Shown here: piece by piece, positions 49,986 to 57,433 of the stretch
How the letters are laid out: the number at the start of each line of letters is the position of its first letter
How positions within the stretch are numbered: the first letter of the stretch is position 1
From: Planctomycetota bacterium
GTDB taxonomy: Bacteria; Planctomycetota; Planctomycetia; Pirellulales; UBA1268
Assembly: GCA_014238855.1 (NCBI GenBank)
Contig: JABAAH010000012.1
Location: 440 to 64,439 of the forward strand
Length of the DNA stretch: 64,000 nt
Reading direction: 5' to 3'
Notes under the pieces: model-generated
Database searches by the model: none
The model's input: the letters and a program-made list of their open reading frames with translations, nothing else
Told to the model about the DNA's origin: nothing
Program-made: the position numbers and the translations under genes

Positions 49986-51011
49986 TTAGACCGCCGCTCC
50001 AGCAGCAGCTTTCACTGTTTTGATAATTGCTGCAGCGACTTTATACGGATCTGCATTCGAAGCAGGTCGGCGATCTTCAAGACGGCCTTTCCAGCCATCA
50101 TCGATAGTGCCAACTGGAATACGAATCGATGCGCCACGGTCAGAAACGCCGTAACTAAACTGGTCAATGCTTTGTGTCTCATGTTGACCAGTGAGGCGTT
50201 GATCGTTGTCTGCTCCGTACACCGAAATATGCCTTTCAATAACACCGGAAAAGCCTTCACAAATGGTTGTGAAGACCTCTTTATCTCCACATGTACGCAT
50301 CAATTCATTCGAGAAGTTTGCGTGCATGCCAGAACCATTCCAGTCAGTTTTGCCAAGTGGTTTGGGATGCCAATCAATTGCATACCCATATTTTTCACCG
50401 ATCCGCTCAAGTAGATATCGGGCAACCCATATTTCGTCACCAGCACGTTTTGCACCCTTGGCAAACACTTGAAACTCCCATTGGCCAGCAGCCACTTCAG
50501 CATTGATTCCCTCAACGTTAATTCCAGCTTCGAGACAGGCGTCTAGATGTTCATCAACACAGTCTCGGCCGTGTGCGTTGGACGCACCGACAGAGCAGTA
50601 ATACGGTCCTTGAGGCGCTGGGTAACCTCCGAGTGGAAATCCGGGAGGATTATTGTTGGAAGTACACCATAGAAAGTACTCTTGTTCAAAACCAAACCAA
50701 AAATCTTCATCGTCATCCGCAATGGTAGCCCGACCGTTGGAATCATGAGGAGAACCATCTGCATTCAAAACCTCTGTCATAACGAGGTAGCCGTTTTTTC
50801 GACCAGGATCTGGAAAAATGGCGACTGGTTTAAGAAGGCAATCAGAATCACCACCAGTTGCTTGTTCAGTACTACTACCATCAAAAGACCACATTGGGCA
50901 CTCTTCAAGAGTGCCACCAAAATCTGACTCAATTCGAGTCTTCGATCGAAGGCTTTGGGTTGGCTTATAGCCATCAAGCCAGATGTATTCCAGTTTCGAT
51001 TTCGTGCTCAT
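49986..51011 (-). CDS. glnII: Glutamine synthetase type II (GSII)
   Basis: 341 aa; KLEYIWLDG, W.FDGSSTEQA.G..SD, WFGFEQEY, PQGPYYC.VG, G.NAEV..GQWEFQ, HPKP...DWNGSG.H.NFS, N..RLTG.HET, RGASIRIP, EDRRPASN.DPY. Confidence 0.95.
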   Translation of the reverse strand: MSTKSKLEYIWLDGYKPTQSLRSKTRIESDFGGTLEECPMWSFDGSSTEQATGGDSDCLLKPVAIFPDPGRKNGYLVMTEVLNADGSPHDSNGRATIADDDEDFWFGFEQEYFLWCTSNNNPPGFPLGGYPAPQGPYYCSVGASNAHGRDCVDEHLDACLEAGINVEGINAEVAAGQWEFQVFAKGAKRAGDEIWVARYLLERIGEKYGYAIDWHPKPLGKTDWNGSGMHANFSNELMRTCGDKEVFTTICEGFSGVIERHISVYGADNDQRLTGQHETQSIDQFSYGVSDRGASIRIPVGTIDDGWKGRLEDRRPASNADPYKVAAAIIKTVKAAAGAAV

Positions 51012-51063
51012 AACTGAAGTTCGTCCTTAGTCTTGAGAGAGGATTAGAAAACATTGAAGCTAG

Positions 51064-51191
51064 TCGACTGCAGGACGACATAACATCGATCTGCATCTCC
51101 GGCAGAGCCGAGGAGGAGCCGAGGTATTCCAGTTGGATACAGCCGCTTGTTCGGTGCCTGGTAGAGCCGAAAGCAATCGCACCGTACACGG
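51064..51191 (-). ncRNA. Candidate structured 5' leader / cis-regulatory RNA upstream of glnII
   Basis: Three adjacent hairpins (51191-51143, 51142-51091, 51089-51064), GC-richer than the flanks, three UCGGCUC copies in loops, and a 7-nt anti-RBS. Confidence 0.45.
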
Positions 51192-51198
51192 AGCAAAC

Positions 51199-51207
51199 GT
51201 TATACCA
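51199..51207 (-). promoter_or_regulatory. Putative extended -10 promoter (TGgTATAAC) for glnII
   Basis: Minus strand reads TGGTATAAC; the implied start site (~51192) coincides with the base of the first hairpin. Confidence 0.45.
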
Positions 51208-51351
51208 TCTGAAAACTACTGATAAACATCTTAAAAAAAGGGATTCCTTCTGCAACACGTCTATGTCGAATGCCCGAAAATTTAGCATTATCTGTAGCCG
51301 GTGCTAGAAAATCAGCTTCGATTTCTAGCAATATACTGGGCTGGGGCTATG

Positions 51352-51753
51352 TCAGTAATCGAAGCGTTCTTGAATGTACTGGCCATAGTCGCCACTCGTA
51401 ATCGGGATGCCGGGTTTTGTATGGCGGTTATACAAGTAGATATAAGCAGGTACATAAAGGCCATTAGGCAACAGAGCGTTTATCCTTGAACGAGAAAAGA
51501 GGGGTGAGAGGCCACCGCATTCTTCGTAGTCATCAAGAGGAGTTAATTGTTCAGTATCCGACAGACGAAGTAAGTCACCATGAACAATGCCATTCCCATT
51601 TGTGACTCCAGGAAAATCACCAAAATCGTAAAGTTTTCCCTGAACGGTAGCTGATCCGACTACTTTCATTTCAACAAGAAGTTGTATCGCTTCACTGGAT
51701 GCAAGGTGTGGTCGAAGTGTCCCGTATACGAAAAGGTGTTGAGGTATCATCAT
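51352..51753 (-). CDS. Gamma-glutamylcyclotransferase (GGCT/AIG2-like) family protein
   Basis: LFVYGTLR, G.LYD.G.FPG, V.G.L, LD.YE, AYIY.Y, I.SGDY. Confidence 0.88.
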   Translation of the reverse strand: MMIPQHLFVYGTLRPHLASSEAIQLLVEMKVVGSATVQGKLYDFGDFPGVTNGNGIVHGDLLRLSDTEQLTPLDDYEECGGLSPLFSRSRINALLPNGLYVPAYIYLYNRHTKPGIPITSGDYGQYIQERFDY

Positions 51754-51975
51754 ATTGTGCCGAACAAAAAGATCTCCAAGAATAAATGTATTTGAAAAGC
51801 CAGATAGCTATTCCAAAAATAAACAGTGTGTCTGGTCGAATTTTCTCAATGAATGACACAATGTACAGATACAGGTTGTGGGAATGAAATGATTAGTGGC
51901 ACCATGAAGGACTATTTTACAAACTCCATCTATTTGGTTTCAAATTCGAAAGTTATTGTAAGAAAGGTAAGGAGA

Positions 51976-52191
51976 ATGCTCGAATTAGAATGTGGCCGCT
52001 ATCGACATTACAAGGGAAATGAATACGTCGTACTCGGCGTTGCTTTACATAGTGAAACTCTTGAAAAACTTGTTGTATATCGAGCAGATTATGGAGACAG
52101 AGGGCTTTGGGTACGGCCTTTGTCAATGTTTCTGGAAATGGTCGAAATATCTGGTGTGCAAAAAGCACGTTTTCAGTATTTGGAGGATTAA
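51976..52191 (+). CDS. DUF1653 domain protein
   Basis: G.YRHYKGN.Y.V.GVA.HSET.E.LVVYR..YG...LWVRP..MF.E.V...G....RF; AAGGAG RBS before ATG 51976. Confidence 0.9.
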   Translation: MLELECGRYRHYKGNEYVVLGVALHSETLEKLVVYRADYGDRGLWVRPLSMFLEMVEISGVQKARFQYLED

Positions 52192-52308
52192 ACTGATGCG
52201 ATAAGTCGTTAGAACGCTTATATTTCAATATTGATATCAAAGAAAGTGAGCGTTCTCAGAAATCAAGATAGGTTTCTTGTATGTCTCATTACAGCAGCAG
52301 GAATTATT

Positions 52309-53784
52309 GTGACGACAAAAGATACACAAGACGCAGGATGGTCTTTCGATAATTCTTTTATGCAACTTCCAGAAGCATTTTTTTCACGTACCAATCCTGA
52401 GCCTGTAAAACATGCAGTCAAAGTGCTTTTCAATGAAGATCTTGCCAATGATCTTGGGCTCGACGTGGACGTCCTTCGGTCATCAGGAGCACAGGTATTT
52501 GCAGGCAATGAAATACCGCCAGGTGCTGCTCCACTCGCTCAAGCCTACGCCGGACATCAGTTCGGGCATTTTACAAACCTCGGTGATGGCCGAGCTGTGC
52601 TTCTGGGCGAGCATGTGACGCCGAAAAAACACCGTGTCGATGTGCAGCTTAAAGGGTCGGGCCGTACGTGTTACTCGCGTAGCGGTGATGGTAGAGCCGT
52701 TCTTGGGCCAATGTTGCGCGAATATATCATCAGTGAAGGGATGTACTCATTAGGTGTTCCGTCTACTCGGAGTTTGGCGGTGACAGCTACTGGTGAAAAC
52801 GTGTTGAGAAATCTTCCGTTGCCAGGAGCCATTTTGACACGAGTTGCAGAGAGCCATATTCGTATAGGTACTTTTCAATACGCGGCAGCGCTTGGTGATA
52901 AGAACAATCTCTCTGAACTATTGAAGTATACGGTGGCTCGGCATTATCCAGAGTTGCCGAACACTCCAGATTTACCGTTTACATTTTTTCGTGCCGTATT
53001 AGATAAGCAAGCAAGTCTTGTAGCTCGTTGGATGTTTGTCGGCTTTGTACATGGAGTACTGAATACAGATAATGTCTCCATTGCTGGTGAAACCATTGAC
53101 TATGGCCCCTGTGCATTTCTTGATGTGTATCACCCTGAGACAGTTTTCAGCTCAATTGATCATCAAGGAAGATATTCGTTTGAAAAACAACCGATGATTA
53201 CCCAGTGGAACCTTGCTCGTCTTGCAGAAAGTCTTCTTTTGGTATGCCCTGGAGAACAAGATAAATCAGTTGAAAAATTTGTTTCAATTCTTGAAACATT
53301 CTCGGAGAGCTACGAAACGTATTATCAACATGGAACGAACGCAAAGTTAGGACTTCGAAATCAAGAAAAAGAAGATGCTATCCTCTATCAAGATTTGCTT
53401 GACATTATGAAATTTTCTCAAGCAGATTTTTCATCAACATTTGTTGCGCTATCACATGCATTAGAAAATGAACATGCAGATCCTGTGCTTATGAAAATGT
53501 CTGGCTTTGACAATTGGGTACAACGATGGCGAGAACGATTATCCCATGAATCGAGTTTATTGCCGGAGATTGCCAAAAGAATGCGATCAGTGAACCCAGT
53601 AATTGTCCCAAGAAATTTACAAGTTGAGGAGGCCCTTGCTGAGGCAGAGTCGGGAAACATTGAGCCAGCTCAGAGACTCCTTGGCGTATTGCAGGCACCT
53701 TTTTCTGAGACGTTAGAGAATGAACTGTATCGAAAAGGTGCGCCACCTGGCAGTGCATCATACTGTACATTTTGTGGAACATGA
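52309..53784 (+). CDS. selO: Protein adenylyltransferase SelO (YdiU family)
   Basis: AQAYAGHQFG....LGDGRA, QLKGSG.T.YSR.GDGRA, REY..SE, SH.R.GTFQ, GFVHGV.NTDN..I.GETIDYGPC, .NP...PRN, C-terminal TFCGT. The ORF track starts at 52231; GTG 52309 is more likely. Confidence 0.93.
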   Translation: MTTKDTQDAGWSFDNSFMQLPEAFFSRTNPEPVKHAVKVLFNEDLANDLGLDVDVLRSSGAQVFAGNEIPPGAAPLAQAYAGHQFGHFTNLGDGRAVLLGEHVTPKKHRVDVQLKGSGRTCYSRSGDGRAVLGPMLREYIISEGMYSLGVPSTRSLAVTATGENVLRNLPLPGAILTRVAESHIRIGTFQYAAALGDKNNLSELLKYTVARHYPELPNTPDLPFTFFRAVLDKQASLVARWMFVGFVHGVLNTDNVSIAGETIDYGPCAFLDVYHPETVFSSIDHQGRYSFEKQPMITQWNLARLAESLLLVCPGEQDKSVEKFVSILETFSESYETYYQHGTNAKLGLRNQEKEDAILYQDLLDIMKFSQADFSSTFVALSHALENEHADPVLMKMSGFDNWVQRWRERLSHESSLLPEIAKRMRSVNPVIVPRNLQVEEALAEAESGNIEPAQRLLGVLQAPFSETLENELYRKGAPPGSASYCTFCGT

Positions 53785-53864
53785 TCCCACTTTAAGCGAC
53801 CTATTCTTTTTGGATTATAAAGAGTCATTTCCTTCTTTTTTGTACGAGTTGTTGAGAAACGAGC

Positions 53865-54104
53865 ATGTTCCCAAAAAAATTTCATGGACTTGTCTTTTCA
53901 TTTGTGATGTCAATTTTGATGTCAGCACTGATGTCACTGGTGATTACACTTCTTCATATGGGTATAAGGCCGGGCGTCATCTTAGATTGGCTAAAGGCGT
54001 GGGGGCTTTCATGGATTATCGCCTGGCCAACAATTGTGGCAGTGTCTCCAATCGTGAATTGGATAGTGAAACGATTGGTTCGAGACGATATGTCAAATGT
54101 ATGA
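53865..54104 (+). CDS. DUF2798-like small membrane protein
   Basis: F.FVMS..MS..MS...T....G......WL.AW...W..AWP.....SP.V...V.RL pattern. Confidence 0.75.
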   Translation: MFPKKFHGLVFSFVMSILMSALMSLVITLLHMGIRPGVILDWLKAWGLSWIIAWPTIVAVSPIVNWIVKRLVRDDMSNV

Positions 54105-54110
54105 GCAGTA

Positions 54111-54770
54111 TCAGTCTCCATGACGGTGGCGAACAATTTCTCCTTCAACCATGTAGATGACATCTTCAGCAATATTTGTTGCCATATCTGCTACACGTTC
54201 AAGATGTTTCGAAACCGAATTAATTCGAAGTAAACTCTCAACATTCTGAGGGTCTTCCTGAATCTTCTGCATAACCAACTTACTTACCGCCTGTCTGCCT
54301 GCGTCAACCGCATCATCCTCTTCCCTTACCTGCCGTGCGAGGTCCGGATCACCTGTGACTACAGCATCCAGACTTTTTTTAACCATTTCTTCAGCCTGTT
54401 TCGCCATCACAGAAATTTCTTGGGGCATCTCAAAAGGGCCTGTCATTGCAAGTTGAGAAACCGTTTTTGCGATGTTGCTGGTGAGATCACCAATCCGCTC
54501 GAGATCATTGTTAATTTTTAGTACGGCAACTACGAATCGAAGATCAGCCGCAACAGGTTGATAGAGCGCAAGAACCTTGAGACATTCTTCTTCTAATTCT
54601 ACTTCCATTCGGTCGATTTCAGCATCATTAGCTATGACTTTTGTTGCGAGAGACAGATCTTGTTTGAAAAGCGCTATGTTGGAATGACTGATAGATTCTT
54701 CAACCATGGTGCCAAAGTGAAGAATTAATTCCTTCAGGTGAAGGATCTGACGTTCGATATGACGTGTCAT
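54111..54770 (-). CDS. phoU: Phosphate signalling complex protein PhoU
   Basis: D.EID..E..LEE.C..LAL.QPVA.DLR, DLERIGD, D..VD, LERVAD.ATNIAE.VIY.V.G..VRH. Confidence 0.95.
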   Translation of the reverse strand: MTRHIERQILHLKELILHFGTMVEESISHSNIALFKQDLSLATKVIANDAEIDRMEVELEEECLKVLALYQPVAADLRFVVAVLKINNDLERIGDLTSNIAKTVSQLAMTGPFEMPQEISVMAKQAEEMVKKSLDAVVTGDPDLARQVREEDDAVDAGRQAVSKLVMQKIQEDPQNVESLLRINSVSKHLERVADMATNIAEDVIYMVEGEIVRHRHGD

Positions 54771-54812
54771 TATGGAAAACCAAATTCAAGAAGTAAGAAA
54801 TGTCCTATGAGC

Positions 54813-55694
54813 CTACCCAAAACGACCAGTCACGTAGGATTCTGTCTCTTGCAGGACAGGATTCGTAAAGATGTCGGATGTTGGTCCATATTCAATCAGC
54901 CGTCCCAAATATATAAAAGCGGTATAGTCGCTGGCGCGACTAGCCTGTTGCATATTGTGCGTTACCATCAGGATTGAATACTGCCCACGAAGTTCCTGTA
55001 TGAGATCCTCAATTTTACCCGTTGCGATCGGGTCGAGGGCCGAGCAGGGCTCATCGAGCAAAAGCACCTCCGGTTCAGCAGCTACTGCACGAGCAATACA
55101 CAGACGTTGTTGTTGGCCGCCTGAAAGTTTGAGAGCACTGTCATTCAAGCAGTCTTTTACCTCATCCCATAATGCAGCACCACGTAGACTAATTTCGCAA
55201 ACTTCATCTAACACACTACGATTTTTCTCACCATCAATTCGTAATGAATAAACAACATTTTCAAAGATACTCATTGGAAATGGATTCGGCTTTTGGAAAA
55301 CCATTCCCATCCTTTTACGAAGATTAATTACATCCATGCGTGGTTCGTAAATCGAGTCACCATTTAATCGCATATCACCGGTGATCCGTATATTTTGGAT
55401 AAGATCATTCATCCGATTGACACTTCGAAGCAGTGTTGATTTGCCACAACCACTTGGTCCTATTAATGCGGTAACCTGTTTCCTGATAATAGGCATTGAG
55501 ATGTCATGGATAACTTGCTTGGAGCCGTACCATAGATTGAATCGGTCGATTTCAAGGACAGGTGTTTCTTCAAGAACTTTTGGATGAACTTCAGCACCGA
55601 CGTCTTTGCCTTGTGCAACTGCTTGAAGCCGATTAGTACCAGCATCGGGCTTGTTCCCATCAGAATACACTGATGGACCAATTCCTTTTTGCAT
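54813..55694 (-). CDS. pstB: Phosphate ABC transporter ATP-binding protein
   Basis: [68 protein letters not shown]. Confidence 0.96.
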   Translation of the reverse strand: MQKGIGPSVYSDGNKPDAGTNRLQAVAQGKDVGAEVHPKVLEETPVLEIDRFNLWYGSKQVIHDISMPIIRKQVTALIGPSGCGKSTLLRSVNRMNDLIQNIRITGDMRLNGDSIYEPRMDVINLRKRMGMVFQKPNPFPMSIFENVVYSLRIDGEKNRSVLDEVCEISLRGAALWDEVKDCLNDSALKLSGGQQQRLCIARAVAAEPEVLLLDEPCSALDPIATGKIEDLIQELRGQYSILMVTHNMQQASRASDYTAFIYLGRLIEYGPTSDIFTNPVLQETESYVTGRFG

Positions 55695-55750
55695 AGATTC
55701 GGCTTCCTCGCTAGAGATATAAGAGTTGAAAACACAAAGGTACTAAAGTA

Positions 55751-57433
55751 TCAAAATTCTTGAAGCGCATAGCGTCGCTTAAGTCTTGATCGAAGATAAA
55801 TCGCAGCAATATTAAGTACAGCAATAATAGTTACGAGAAGTAACGTGATTGTGAATACCATTGGCTTTGCAGCTTGGCTATTAGAACTTTGGAAACCAAT
55901 GTCATACACCAAATATGCGAGATGCATAAATTCTCTTTCAGGATGAATAAATGGAAATGATGTATCGATAGGCAGGTCGAGTGCAATTTTTTTGACGCCA
56001 ACAAGCATGAGAGGCGCTACTTCTCCAGCTGCACGAGCCATTGCGAGAATGACTCCAGTCATAATTCCAGGTAATGCTCTAGGCAAGACAATCCGGTATA
56101 TAGTCTGCCACTTGCTTCCACCGCATGCATAAGATCCTTCTCTCATTGAATTCGGTACAGCGGCCAGAGCTTCCTCAGTTGCTACGATGACAACTGGTAG
56201 AGTCAGCAGTGCGAGTGTGAGTGAGGCCCACAAAAGACCACCGGTACCAAATGTTGGCTGATTATCTGCTAATAAACTGGCACTAAAAAAATTCTCATCG
56301 ATCCAGCCGCCGGCTCCGTAGCAGAAAAAACCAAGTCCAAAAGCGCCATAAACAATACTAGGGACTCCAGCTAAATTATTAATTGCAATCCGAATGGTTG
56401 CAGTAAGAGAATTGTCGGCGGCATATTCGCGTAAATAAAGTGCCGCAAGAACTCCAAATGGTGCAACTAGGAACGCCATAATCATGGTCATGCTGACTGT
56501 TCCACAAATGGCAGGAAAGACACCACCAGCACTGTTTGCCTCTCGTGGATTGTCCGAGAGAAACTCCCACCAACGTGTTCCATAAACAGATGACATGCCC
56601 AATAGACTGATATTATTCGGTTGCCACGCTTGTATAATTTCTTCCACAGGGAAAATAACAGACTGACCATCTACGGTTTTGAATTTGAATTTCCACGAGC
56701 TGTTGGCTTTTCTTAACGCAGCCATTTTTTTATCAAGGAGACTTGAAATTTCTGCAACTTTTTTGGATATCTCTTCTTCCTCATTTTTCACTTTTTCAAC
56801 AATCGGGTGGTCGTTGCCTTGCTTTAACCGAGCATCGAATAGTGCAAGTCGTGCATTTCGAAGACGTTTCTGCAAATCACCTCTCCGGAGTCTGTCAATA
56901 CGATTGGCTTCCCGAAATCGTTTTTGAATGGTTGGAGATATCTCTTGGTATTGTTGCCATGCAGCTTCCGGACTATCTCCTGTTGGGATACCATCTTTCA
57001 AAAGGCAGACAGGAAAACCGTGAAATAGACCGCCCTCAAACCGTTCAATGACAGTTGCGAATTGAGGTTGCTGTATAGAACTTATGTTCTGTTGATCAAA
57101 CCATGTGTAGCGTGTGCTGTCCGTTCTAAAATCCGCTGTTCGTACAAGGACACGGTCCTGAATGGTCTGATCGTCGGAGATATTTTTTAGTTGTCTTTCA
57201 CGAGATATCACTTCACCAAGACATCTCTCACCATTACGGAGGGTGACCTCATAGAGTGGACGGGGCCAAAAATGAATAGAACCGCGTACTGTAATAAACA
57301 GTAGCAGACCGATTACCATTGTTACCGCAACGGCAAGAGATCCTGACATCAGCCACACCCATGGCTCTCCATGAGCCATGAGGCTAGAAAATGGTGAGCG
57401 AGCGTTCTGTCTTTGATACCGACTAGAGTTCAT
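55751..57433 (-). CDS. pstA: Phosphate ABC transporter permease PstA (long form with soluble insertion)
   Basis: PREAN..GGVFPAI.GT, YL.EYA, NLAGVPSIVYG.FGLG, EEAL.AVP...REGS.A.G..KWQT, ARAAGEVAPL. Confidence 0.93.
   Translation of the reverse strand: MNSSRYQRQNARSPFSSLMAHGEPWVWLMSGSLAVAVTMVIGLLLFITVRGSIHFWPRPLYEVTLRNGERCLGEVISRERQLKNISDDQTIQDRVLVRTADFRTDSTRYTWFDQQNISSIQQPQFATVIERFEGGLFHGFPVCLLKDGIPTGDSPEAAWQQYQEISPTIQKRFREANRIDRLRRGDLQKRLRNARLALFDARLKQGNDHPIVEKVKNEEEEISKKVAEISSLLDKKMAALRKANSSWKFKFKTVDGQSVIFPVEEIIQAWQPNNISLLGMSSVYGTRWWEFLSDNPREANSAGGVFPAICGTVSMTMIMAFLVAPFGVLAALYLREYAADNSLTATIRIAINNLAGVPSIVYGAFGLGFFCYGAGGWIDENFFSASLLADNQPTFGTGGLLWASLTLALLTLPVVIVATEEALAAVPNSMREGSYACGGSKWQTIYRIVLPRALPGIMTGVILAMARAAGEVAPLMLVGVKKIALDLPIDTSFPFIHPEREFMHLAYLVYDIGFQSSNSQAAKPMVFTITLLLVTIIAVLNIAAIYLRSRLKRRYALQEF

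Noticed and set aside
51012-51200. Known glutamine riboswitch (glnA or Downstream-peptide motif) or ANTAR hairpins upstream of glnII
   Set aside because: By eye I could not find the glnA three-way-junction/E-loop consensus or paired ANTAR hexaloops. Kept only as an unclassified structured leader.
50974-51288. 104-aa minus-strand ORF overlapping the glnII start
   Set aside because: It overlaps the glnII 5' end in another frame, spans the putative promoter and leader, and has no protein-like motifs.
53782-53784. SelO TGA as a selenocysteine codon
   Set aside because: The Sec-equivalent position is already Cys (TGT), TFCGT is the normal family terminus, and no SECIS-like hairpin follows.
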